Assembly (NCBI GenBank): GCA_964016885.1
Contig: OZ024742.1
Span: 176,638,001-176,702,000 of the forward strand
Direction: 5' to 3'
Length of the DNA stretch: 64,000 nucleotides
Source: Eledone cirrhosa
Lineage: Eukaryota
Under the pieces are notes generated by a model. That model searched no databases. It had not been told where the DNA came from and saw only the letters and a list, made by a program, of their open reading frames with translations. This document shows, piece by piece, positions 52,264-63,928 of the stretch. The stretch's first letter is position 1; every line of letters begins with the position of its first letter. A program made the translations under genes and the position numbers.

Positions 52264-53045
52264 TTTCTTTATTAACCACAAGGGTTTACATAAAGTAGAC
52301 ATTAAGGACAGTGCAGGACAATGCAGGACGGTACAAATGGGCATTTCTGCGTGTAAAAAAACAAAAACAGAGGATGTAACAAAAATAACAATGAAAATAA
52401 CAATGAAAAATTCCCCAATAGGGGGGAGACTTCGGAGGGACATTTGTGGAGAAAGCCCAGTAAAAAGCCACAATGACCCTGACCACCAAGGCAAGTGCCC
52501 TCTCCCAGTTTTCCACCTTTAGTTTACAGGTATATACTCAGAGTCGGCCCATTCACTCGGGCCATTCTTGCTTCTCTCACCCATCTTTCAACAAAATGCT
52601 GGGAAGAGAGCACTTCCTTCTCTACTCTGATTTTCCTTTTCAAATGAAATTTGAAAAAGTCAATCAGAGCATCACCGAAGAGGTAAGTGCTCGTCTTCAG
52701 CCCTTTCAAACGTGTCCACCATACTATCTCTTTCGCCATGGCCACCAGGCAGATAAAAACTGCCTGCCCTTCCCGGCTAAAGGAGGAGGGCGGGGCAATC
52801 CTCACGATGGACTCAGATGATAGCCGGATCCGTCCTAAACGCGACAGCAGGTGTTCGACATAAACCCACAAGTCAGCAATTTTCGGACACTGGACGAGTG
52901 CGTGCAGGACGGTTTCGTCGCCCTGCGCGCATCTCGGACATGCCCGGCTGACGGCACCTCCATGCCTGTAGAGTTTATCCCGAACTGGCAAGGCTCCTCG
53001 GTAGCACTGCCAGGCCAGAGATTTCTGGAAGTTGTCCATAGGCCC
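52262..53045 (-). mobile_element. Tx1 family B copy 1 (3' 0.8 kb only)
   Basis: ORF2 C-terminus CPRC..ETVLHALVQC; 3' UTR with AATAAA abutting (ATT)n. Confidence 0.92.
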
Positions 53046-53544
53046 TGTGTAACTTTAGCATCCAAACAGACCGAAAAATAGATGCAAATAGACCTGATAT
53101 AATATTGAAGGACTTTAAAAAGAGGGTATGCCTGCTAATTGATATGTCTGTTCCAATAGACAAGAATGTATCTATAAAAACATTTGAAAAATTGAGCAAG
53201 TATAAGGACCTGGAGATAGAAATTGGAAAAATGTGGAAATTGAGAACTAAAACAATACCAGTGGCTGTAGGCGCTCTGGGAATGATACCTAAGGGGTCTA
53301 ATGATTACTTATCGCAAATCCCAGGAAACCCGCGTATAGGAGAAATACAAAAGGTAGTACTAATGGGAACTGCCCATATACTAAGGAAGATTCTGTCAAT
53401 ATAAGTACATCACAAGTCTAAACACTGAAGATGCATGTGTGAGTAGGTATGTTCTTTCTTGAACATGGCGGACCTTGTTGTCTCTTGAGGTCACTGGTTG
53501 TGACTTGGTGATAACTCGTATGAACATAAAGCAAGATAAATGCA
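53046..53544 (+). mobile_element. R4/Dong family B copy 3 (3' 0.5 kb)
   Basis: RLE end and 3' UTR near-identical to B1 and B4; TAA tail. Confidence 0.93.
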
Positions 53545-53561
53545 ACTATAATAATAATAAT

Positions 53562-54244
53562 AAGACGCACGTGGTGGATAGAATGTCTTGAAATCGCTGC
53601 CGTAAGTTTTGAATTTTTAACATATTTAAATCATTTGTGAAATAACAATTCTTAGTACAAATGTTACGTAAAGCATCCGGCTTGAGCCCAAAAAAAATTC
53701 GGACCCAAAATATATTGTTATAAGGCTCAAATATTCTACTTTGTATTGTACATTGTATATTCAAAAAAGAAAATGGCTATAAATGGAAGAAGAATAACCG
53801 CCCCTCCTCTGTCTACACTATATAGAACAGCCAAACAACAGCAATTTCACCAACACCAGAAACTAGATACACCACCTACCCCATCACCCCTCTGTGTACA
53901 CTAAACACAACAGCCAGATAACGGCAATTTCACCACCACCACAACCAATCTCAACATAATAATGATAATAATAATTACTATTATTATTGTCCCAAGTTTT
54001 AACAAAATGTTTAATTCCAACATTAAGGGAATTTATGTCAACACATGTACGCGACTAACCCCATAGATTCACCTAACGGACATCAGTAACGACAACGGCA
54101 TCACTACAGTCACCGCCGCCGCCCATCAATCATTACTACCACTATCCCATCACCGCCGCCACCACTCCTTCATTTCTACCACCGCTACCCCCCACTACCT
54201 TCTGTTAACTTACGAAAGGGGAGGATGGCGATCTCACTAGACAA
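53562..54244 (+). repeat. Orphan Tx1/L1-like 5' repeat (copy 2)
   Basis: Homologous to 25385-26016; ATG at 53773. Confidence 0.6.
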
Positions 54245-54346
54245 TATTGATAAACAAGATTAATATTTAATTTTGGATCAGGAATGTTGGAGTCGAAAAT
54301 GGCAAAATGACTAAACGACTACAGATTATTATTTCACCATCAATAC

Positions 54347-54530
54347 CACCACCACTGCCACGATGAAAACTCTGGTCGAATCAACTCAAATTTATACCCC
54401 AACTACAACACCATCACTACAGTAATACGACCACATCACCACCACTACCACGATGAAAACTCTGGTCAAATCGACTCAAATGTATACCCCAACTACAACA
54501 CCATCGCTACAGTAATACGATCACATCACC
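54347..54530 (+). repeat. 2 x 90-bp tandem duplication
   Basis: cgatgaaaactctggtc at 54361 and 54451. Confidence 0.9.
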
Positions 54531-54797
54531 CCCACCACTGCCTCAGTATCGCTACCGCCGCTATTCTCTCACACTGCCTCCTACTAGTGGCTGCTAGCAC
54601 AGCACCACCACCACATTGTAGAATTCCTACTAAAAAAGAGAAAGGCATCAAAATATATAGATAGACTCAAAAGAAAAAAAACAAAAATCAAAATCAAAGC
54701 AGCACAGCAACAACAACAACAAAAAAAAAACGTAAAGAAAATAAGAATGAAGAGAGAAACAAACGGACGGACAGAGAAAGGAAGGGAAAAACTAAGT

Positions 54798-56822
54798 CAG
54801 ACATTCGAACACTACATTACAAAGAAACTTATGCTTATTCATTTTTGGGGTTTTTTCTGCCTGTTTGTTTGTTTGTTTATTTGTGTTCGTCTACAGCGTG
54901 ATAATGCCACACGTGAGCCACGTGGAGCGACGCAACCACCGGAGACGGTGAATCCACCGGTGGTTATGTAACATTCGCCAATACTCGATAAGAGTGTTTA
55001 AATGTCGAACCTAAACAGTTCGAATAACGGTGAAATGGAGACTAGAACGTCATGTGACAGACTCTCACCCAACAGGTGGCAGATAACATCAGACAGTTGT
55101 TGGGCAAAAGTATGAGGTCCTGGGAAACAGAGTTGACATCAACTGGAGAATCCTTGGGAAGCGTGAAGATCAAGAGAGGTATCTTCCAGGGAGATAGCCT
55201 GTCCCCTCTGTTGTTTGTCCTTGCCCTCATGCCCCTGACCAGTGTACTGCGAAAAGTGAGAGCAGGATACGAGTTGGGAAAGTGAGGGCTTACCATCAAT
55301 CACCTCCTCTTCATGGACGATCTTAAGCTCTTCGGGAAGAGTGAGAAGGAGTTGGATGTGCTTGTTGACACTGTCCGTATTTTCAGCAGTGATATATGTA
55401 TGCAGTTTGGTATTAGTAAGTGTGGAGTCATTGTGATGAGGAGGGGTAGGTTGAGCAGAAGTAACGGGATCCAGATAAAAACAGGTGAGATGATAAAGGA
55501 AATTGACTCTGAGGAAGGATATAAGTATTTGGGCGTTCTGGAGGCTGATGGCATAAAGAACAAAAAACTGAAGGAATTGTTAAGATCTGAATACATTCGG
55601 AGAATAAGGAGCGTAATGAAGTCACATCTGAACAGCAGAAATGCCATACGTGCAGTAAATTCCCGAGCTGTGTATATTATTAGGTACAGTGCGGGAATTC
55701 TGAGATGGAATGTTGCTGAACAAAAAGAAATGGATAGGAAGACTAGGAAGCTATTGACTATCTACAACATGTTCCACAAGAGGAGTGATGTTGATAGACT
55801 CTACTTAAGGAGATCTGAGGGTGGAAGAGGTCTTATCAGCATAGAGGACTGTGTTCAGATGGAGAAAAACAACCTACACAAATACTCGATTGATAGTAAG
55901 GAGCCAATGCTGACAACTGTACTGAAGGAGGGGACAATAGGCCAGGGGATGCCCAAGGAGGAAATAACATCAAGGAGAAAGAGCAGCCTCAGGAAAAATC
56001 CCTTCATAGTACCTTTTTGAGAAAACTGAATTTAGAGATCCACAGACATGGAACTGGTTGAGAAGAGGAAACCTTAAAAAGGCTACAGAGGGAATGTTAA
56101 TGGCTGCGCAGGAGCAGGCCCTCAAAACGAAGGGGTTGAAACACCATATTTACAAGGAGGAGGCTAGCCCACTGTGCAGGATCTGTGGAGTGAGAGAGGA
56201 GACTGTGGCTCACATTGTATCCGAGTGTAAACACCTAGCCCAGACTAACTATACGGGCTGGAGACATGATGTGATTGGAAGGGTGATCCACTGGCACCTG
56301 TGCAAAGTAAACAATTTACCACATTCTGAGAAATGGTATGAGCATAAGCCAGAGGCGGTGATAGAGAACGATCAGGTGAAGGTGATGTGGGATTTTAGGA
56401 TACAGACGGACAAGAAACTGAACCACAATAGACCTGACCTGGTGGTTGTGGACAAAGAAAAAAGATCGTGCCTGATTGTGGATGTGGCCTGCCCGTTCGA
56501 CACGAGAGTGCAAGAGAAGGAGAGGGAGAAAATTAGCCGATGCCAGGACTTAAATTGTGAGGTAAAAAGGATTTGGAACTGCCATGAAGTCAAAGTGATC
56601 CCGATTGTCATAGGCGCACTGGGGACTATCTCCAAAAGTTTCCAGGGATGGTTAAAGAAAATCGACCCCTTCACGCTTTTTGGAACGCTTCAAAAGGCAT
56701 GCTTGCTGGGAACAGCAAGAACCCTCCGATACGTCCTGAATATCTGAGGCTGCAGGCAGTGGCTTGATATTCATTCCAACGGACTTTTCAGTTAACTAAC
56801 ATCAATGACTGAGACTCAAGGA
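54798..56822 (+). mobile_element. R4/Dong family A copy 3: intact 5' end, about 1.7-kb internal deletion, (TAA)n tail at 56824-56893
   Basis: 5' UTR and first 24 codons joined directly to the mid-RT sequence gtggcagataac at about 55075. Confidence 0.92.
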
Positions 56823-56830
56823 GTAATAAC

Positions 56831-56894
<64 letters not shown>

Positions 56895-57136
56895 TTTTCT
56901 TTATTAACCACAAGTGTTCACATAAAGTAGACATTAAGGACAGTACAGGACAATACAGGACGGTACAAATGGGCATTTCTGCGTGTAAAAAAACAGAGGT
57001 TGAAATAAAATTAGAAAGAAAAATTCCCCAATAGGGGGGAGACTTCCAAGGGACATTTGTGGAGAAAGCCAATTAAAAGACCACAGTGGCCCTGACCACC
57101 AGGACAAGTGCCCTCTCCCAGTTTTCCATCTTTAAT

Positions 57137-60100
57137 TTACAGACACATACTCAGAGAAGGCCCATTCATTCGGGCCATACTTGCTTCTCTCACCCATCTT
57201 TCAACAAAATGCTGGGAAGAGAGCACTTCCCTCTCTACCCTGATTTTCCTTTTCAAATGAAATTTGAAAAAGTTAATCAGGGCATCACCGAAGAGGTAAG
57301 TGCTCGTCTTCAGCCCTTTCAAACGTGTCCACCATACTATCTCTTTCGCCATGGCCACCAGACTGATAAAAACTGCTTGCCCTTCCAGGCTAAAGGAAGG
57401 GGGCGGGGCAATCCTCACGATGGACTCAGCTGATAGCTGGATCCGTCCTACACGTGACAGCAGGTGTTCGACATAAACCCACAAGTCAGCAATGCTCGGA
57501 CACTGGACGAGTGCGTGCAGGACGGTTTCGTCGCCCTGCGCGCATCTCGGACATGCCCGGCTGACGGCACCTCCATGCCTGTAGAGTTTATCCCGAACTG
57601 GCAAAGCTCCTCGGTAGCACTGCCAGGCCAGGGATTTCTGGAAGTTGTCCATAGGCCCCGGCCCGAAAGTCCTTCCGAAGAGATTGGCTAGTTGATTTTC
57701 GTCGACGCCTAGAGTTTCTCCAAGTACGTCGTCGCTCTTCCCCTCCACTAATCCCCTATAGAACGCCAAGGTGGAGTTTCCACCGATCACATTACCCGAT
57801 TGGTCGAGGGCTGTGAGCGCCTGAAGACATTCCAGTCTCCAAGCGCTCCCTCTCGGTCTTCGCTTGACCCAGGACTACAGCTCCGTCAAGGAGACGAGCT
57901 GGGGAAAAACGTGTTTTGCAAACGGCGACCACACCTGATCACCGTCGAGGAAGAGGTGGAGATGTCGTAGCCTGAGCGCGTGTCTGCGCATCATCAGCCA
58001 CGGCATGCCCAGCCCTCCACGTAGCGGGTGTTGACAGCAGATGGACCGCCTGACCATCGGAGCGCGTCCCTTCCACAAGAAGCGAAAGAGCAAACGCTCC
58101 AGCGCAGTCAGGCGAGGCTTAGGACAAGGTACGACGGTCAGGCGGTAGCAGATGACAGACGCGATGTACGCGTTAGCCACCTCCGCTCGACCTTTCATGG
58201 ATAGCTTCCTCTCCGCCCATTTCTGGGTGAGAGAAGCCACCCTGCTCGTCACCTCGTCCCAGTTTTTGTCCGTCTGGAGGTCCGGACGGAACCAGACCCC
58301 TAGCAATTTAACCGGTCCGTCCGTCCAGCGCCCGACGACGCTGTTGGACGGCATGGACCTGCCTCTCCAGGTGCCGAGCTGCAGGCCCACTGACTTTTCC
58401 TGGTTGATCATTGCTCCTGTCACCGCTTCGTATTCTCTTAGTGTAGTGCCGATCGCCTCGATGTGTTTGGCGTTCGACACCACTACGGTGACATCGTCGG
58501 CATATGCTGACACGGATCTTCCGCATCCTAGTTCGCGCGGGACCCCCCTCAACGTCTCCAGTTTGTGCAGTAATGGCTCGTACAATAGGGACGAAAGCGG
58601 ACATCCTTGGCGGACCGAGCGCATGATGTTGAACGGTTCCGAAAGGTGACCGTTCACTCTCACTACAGAGCAGATGTCGCTGTGCATGGCAGCGATCCAG
58701 CCTCTGAAGACGGGCCCAAAGCCAGCCGCCCTCAGGACTGCCGTTAGGTAACTATGGTCGACCCTATCGAAGGCTTTCGACTGATCTAAATTGATCAAAG
58801 ACCCACCCGTGCCAGGTTCCCTAGCTACCCTCTCTACGATGTATCGCATGAGGTGGAGGTTGTCGTGGATGGATCTGTCGGGAATGGCGCATGTCTGTGC
58901 CTCTCCCACCAGACCACCAACGACAAGCGCCAACCTCTTTGCTAGCACCTTGGCCAAAATATTGAACTCTGTTTTTAGCAGAGTTATGGGCCTAAAATTA
59001 TCTATGTTATCCCCCTTGTTTTTGATCCTTTCTCAGCAGCCCCACCGCTCCTCGGCTCACAGAGCTGGGAATTTTCCCGTTCTGTTGACAGTTGGAGGCC
59101 TCCGAACAAGTTTGGCATTTGTACGTAAAGTTCATAGGGCAGACCATCCAAACCAGGCGATTTACCCCTTGTGCAACTAGTCATTGCATCCCGTACTTCA
59201 GCGGTTGTTATCGGCTTTTCGCAACACTCCGCCTCAGTGGCCGAAAGCCGCGGCAGTCCGTTGAGGTAGACACTAAAGTCCATCCCTCGATCCGGCCCGC
59301 CACTGCCCCCGAACAGCTGAGCGAAGTGTCGCTGAAAAGCTTCACACATTTGCCCGGGATCGAGTAGCATGCGCCCGTCGTGGTCCACCAAAGACCGGAT
59401 CGTGGCTTTGTTGCCACGACGCGCCTCCGCCACTCGGGCCCATTGAACGGCTTTCGTCCCCTCATGTCTGAGACCACGCACCCTAGCTCTGACAACGCAG
59501 CCTTCGTGCTTTGCATTGAAGAATTGGTCAAGGGCCAATTTCGCCGCAAGTACGTCGGTCGCGATGCCTTTGCTAAGTGCCTCATGTAATTTTCTAACTA
59601 ATTCTCCCTCTGCTCTATTTTTCTCTATTGCTAAAGTCTTACTAAACCTAATGGACTCTATTCTAATTGCTCTTTTCAGAGCAAACCACCACTTGTTGTT
59701 GACGATGGCCCCCGTCAACGCCCGCTTAACTAGTTCGCTAATCCGGTCTCTGTAGGCCTTGCGCGCTGGTAAGGACGCGTTTAGCTTCCAGTAGCCGGGT
59801 CCTCGTCTATGAAGCCTATCTAAGTCAAGCACACAGATCACGAATTTGTGGTCCGTGTAGCTGACTATCTTGAATTGTGGACAGCCTATGCTAGACCTAT
59901 CTATTTCCCTACAAAATACTCTATCTAGATATGATCTGGATGACCCTATGCGATTTGTCCAAGTCCACATTGGTACATTCGGAAAATCCATTCGGTACCT
60001 GTCAGACAGTTCAAAACGTCTGAGCAGGTTGGTGAGACTCTTGCACCCTCCTTCCCTAACCACTAATCCCACACAATCCCAGCGTGCATCTAAGATCCCG

Positions 60101-60527
60101 TTCCAGTCGCCCACTAACACTAAAGAGCGGGACGTTCCAAGAAAGGTCTCCAGACGCCGGAAGAAATCAGGCCGCCCTGCTCCTGTCGGGGCATGAACGG
60201 CCACTAACCTGAAAGCTTGCCCGTCTCCGTTGGTCACGTCCAGCACCACCAACTTACCTTCTGGGTCCAGGAAGAAGGCCCGTATGGCAAGATCCAAACC
60301 TCTCCGAAAAACACAGCAACTCCTCCCCCCGATCCCGGACGGCTGGGAGATGCGTACACATCGTAGCCGCCGAAGATCGGTGCGAAAGCCTGTGCATCGG
60401 AGATTCTGGTCTCGCTGATGGCCACTACATCTATGTTTAGTGACCTGAGGTCGCTGAGCAGGTGGCCTTGCTTCCATGACGACCCCAAGCCACGCATATT
60501 TATGCTGCCTATTCTGAGTGAGGTCAT
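57137..60527 (-). pseudogene. Tx1 ORF2 (APE-RT-Cys), several frameshifts
   Basis: GSINMRGL, ISET, VGDWN, SYLDRVF, TDHK, VRQGCPLS, AYADDVT, CPRC..HALVQC. Confidence 0.93.
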
Positions 60528-60561
60528 GTTGAAAAGGAGTGGAAAAGATGGGAAAGACCAC

Positions 60562-62555
60562 TTACCTTACTTCTCGTAGGGGAAGGACGGTTTTTCCATC
60601 CTTTTCACTGCTTGTGGCCTCCTCAGGAAGGATGTCCTTATAAATCCTCCTGGAGAGTGCTTGTCGGAAGTCTCCGATGTCTTTGGGTAATTTTTGTTTT
60701 AGTGTCATGTACGTTTTCTGTGTGATGCGAGTGATTTGTATGTGTGGAGGTGGTGTGAATTTTGGGGTTGTTGTGTAGTCTTTTTCTGTGATGCTGGTGT
60801 TGTGTTGGATGTAGTGTAATAATTGCTTGTTGTTCAAATTTAATGCTGTGTAGTGTGTATCGTTTTGGTTGTTTTGTTTTGTTTGCGTTTGTTGTGGGTT
60901 TGTTTCTGTTTCGCATTTTGGTGACTTTTGTGGTGTAGGTGATGGTGGTGTTGGGGTTAATGATGGTGATGGTGTTGGTGTTTGGGTTGATGGGGTTGGT
61001 GATGCTGGTGTGGATACTGGCATATCTGTCCTAACTTTTTTGTTTCTTAGTTTATTTGTTTCCCTCTGTATTTTGTTTTTGGAGGGGGAAGGAAGAGAAT
61101 TTTTTCTTTTTTGGTTTCTTTTTTTTTTTCGGATATCGTTTCCCACTCCTCGTCGTCACGATCTGTCTCCAGTTGTGATAGGCCGGGGAGTGGCAAATCC
61201 TCCACAGCCGTTAGTTTTGGTTGTGGTGTGGTGGATGGTGTAGGCGCTGGTGCTAGTTCTGAAGCGTTGGGTGGTGGTGGTGTTGGTTTTGCTGGTGGTG
61301 GTAGTGGTGTTGGTTTTGCTACTGTTGCTGGGGTTGTTGCTGTTATAGTTGCTTCTGTTGTTGCTGCTACAGTTGTTGCTGCCATCTCTGCTACTGGTGG
61401 TGTTGATGGTTGTGTCACTGGGGTGGGTAGGAGAGGTGGCCTCAACCTTTTAGCCTGAGGGCAGAAAGCCCTTAGGTGGGTTCCTTCACCACAAACGACA
61501 CACCTAGGTCTTCTGCCCTCGACAATTACCGTGAGGTGGCTGCCGTCAGTGAGGTCTATTACCTCTGGGATCTCCTCAATGCTTTTTTGGTCCGCTTGGA
61601 TCAGGAGCTCCATCCCAGATCCGGACCAGTTTTCCTGCTTTTCTTTTGCTACTGCTATTATTTTCGTGTTGGCTTCGATGCCGGCGAGGACAGCCGCTAT
61701 TAGCCAGGGAATTTCGATGGCCGGTGGAACGTGGGTCACCCTGATCTTTACGAGTCTCTGGCCACAATAGCTTGGGACGAGTGTGAGGTCGTCACTTTTT
61801 AATGGGGCCATGGAGTGTTCTCTAGCCTCCTCTGGTGTTTCAAAGAACACATCCACGGTTCCACACTTTTGCCCACGTCTGATGTGGGTTTTTCTTGCCC
61901 ACACATGTCCCAAAGCTTTTTGGATTTGGGACTCAGATGCCCGTTCCACTCGGCGCGATTTTACATTTATTGTTCTATACGACACGGTGCACAGGCGCCG
62001 ATGCTCCATTTTATTAGGTGGGGGGGTGAGGCTGACCCTGTACCCATCTTTCTTTACCATTTGTTTGGCATTTTCTAAATCTTCTTGAGTTACCGTGAAC
62101 GCTTCGAATTGTTTTGCTACGATGGCGAAACTGAGGGTCGGTTTTATAATGTCATTGTTGTTGTTGTTGCTATCGTTATTTGTGTTAATCTTAATTTTTG
62201 TTTCAGTTGTGGTGGTGGTGACGTCACTCGTCTTTGGTGCGGAAGAGTCCATTTTGCTTGATTTCATTTCGACATCACGAGTTAATTTATTTTTTTCTTC
62301 TTTTGTTTCTGTTGTCGCGGTGGTGGTGGGGGTGGTGGTTCTCGCGGTGGTGGTGGTGGTGGAGGCTTTAACACCTGCAGTCATTGGTAATGGCGGGAAA
62401 TGAATGTCTGCCTGAGACAAATTTAAAATATTGCTACTGCTTATATTTTTTTTTGTGTTGGCAAACGTAGTAACATTTACAATGGTGGTGTTGGTGTGAG
62501 GTGTTATTTTGAGAGGAAGGCTTTCAGCTGCTTCGTGCAGAGGGGAATTAGCCAT
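60562..62555 (-). CDS. Tx1 ORF1 (about 660 aa if the single -1 shift at the A11 run 61119-61129 is corrected)
   Basis: GRRPRCVVCGEGTHLRAFCP knuckle; ORFs 61047-62555 and 60562-61146 overlap. Confidence 0.85.
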
Positions 62556-62793
62556 TTTCTTTCAAAGAAATTTTTGGATAATAATAAAAGTTAAAATTTT
62601 GGGCACAAGGCCCCAATCTTTTTGGGTGTCCTTTTCGGAAAACAATGTATGTGCGCTTATAAACAGTTAACAATAAAATTTTCCATAAATGACAATTTTT
62701 AACAAACGGAAATAACAAACCTTTGCGGAGCTCACGATGATACGATTTACTACGTAGGTCGCCAATAATAATAATAATAATAATAATAATAAT

Positions 62794-63305
62794 CACATCT
62801 CAATCTTGTGGAACTTAAGCATCCAAACAGACCGAAAAATAGATGCAAATAGACCTGATATAATATTGAAGGACTTTAAAAAGAGGGTATGCCTGCTAAT
62901 TGATATGTCCGTTCCAATAGACAAGAATGTATCTATAAAAACATTTGAAAAATTGAGCAAGTATAAGGACCTGGAGATAGAAATTGGAAAAATGTGGAAA
63001 TTGAGAACTAAAACAATACCAGTGGTTGTAGGCGCTCTAGGAATGATACCTAAGGGGTCTAATGATTACTTATCGCAAATCCCAGGAAACCCGCGTATAG
63101 GAGAAATACAAAAGATAGTACTAATGGGAACTGCCCATATACTAAGGAAGATTCTGTCAATATAAGTACATCACAAGTCTAAACACTAAAGATGCATGTG
63201 TGAGTATGTATGTTCTTTCTTGAACATGGCGGACCGTGTTGTCTCTTGAGGTCACTGGTTGTGACTTGGTGATAACTCGTATGAACATAAAGCAAGATAA
63301 ATGCA
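62794..63305 (+). mobile_element. R4/Dong family B copy 4 (3' 0.5 kb) between TAA tracts
   Basis: RLE end plus 3' UTR. Confidence 0.94.
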
Positions 63306-63325
63306 TAATAATAATAATAATAATA

Positions 63326-63748
63326 ATACAGACGGACAATAAATTAGAACACAATAGGCCTGACATGATACTTTTGGACAAAGAAAAAAGATCGTGCCTG
63401 ATTGTAGATGTAGCCTGCCCATTTGACACGAGAGTGCAAGAAAAGGAGAGGGAGAAATTTTACCGATACCAGCACTTAAAGTGGGAGGTAAAAAGGATTT
63501 TGAACTGCCATGAAGTCATGGTTGTCCCGATTGTTCTAGGTGCACTAGGTACTATCTCAAAGAGTTTCGAAGGATGGTTAAAGAAGATTAGTCCAGCCCC
63601 GCTTTTTGGAACACTTCAAAAGGCATGCTTGCTGGGAACAGCAAGAACCCTCCGATACGTCCTGAATATCTGAGGCTGCAGGTAGCGGATTGATATTCAT
63701 TTCAACAAACTTTCCAGTTAAATAACAACAATGACTGAGACTCAAGGA
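63326..63748 (+). mobile_element. R4/Dong family A copy 4 (3' 0.42 kb)
   Basis: NRPDMILLD..YVLNI stop, then 3' UTR and TAA. Confidence 0.93.
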
Positions 63749-63769
63749 ACAATAATAATAATAATAATA

Positions 63770-63928
63770 ATCTCAAAGAGTTTTCAATGATGGTTAAAAA
63801 ACATTAGTCAGCCTCCTTTTTTGCATGCTTCCTGAGAACAGAAAGAACCCTCTGATACGTCTTGAACATCTGTGGCTGCATTTGCACAAACTTTCTAGTT
63901 AAATAATATCAATGACTGAGACTCCAAG
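63770..63928 (+). mobile_element. R4/Dong family A copy 5 (3' 0.16 kb, degraded)
   Basis: gatacgtcttgaacatctg..caatgactgagactc then aataataat. Confidence 0.85.

Larger units (their letters stand above)
56894..62763 (-). mobile_element. Full-length Tx1 family B copy 2 (5.9 kb) inserted in (ATT)n
   Basis: 208-nt 5' UTR, ORF1, 34-nt spacer, ORF2, 3' UTR with AATAAA; (ATT)n on both flanks. Confidence 0.95.

Noticed and set aside
62598-62615. ggcacaaggcc shared by the Tx1-B 5' UTR and the SINE tail
   Set aside because: Only 11 bp and not conserved in Tx1-A; likely chance.
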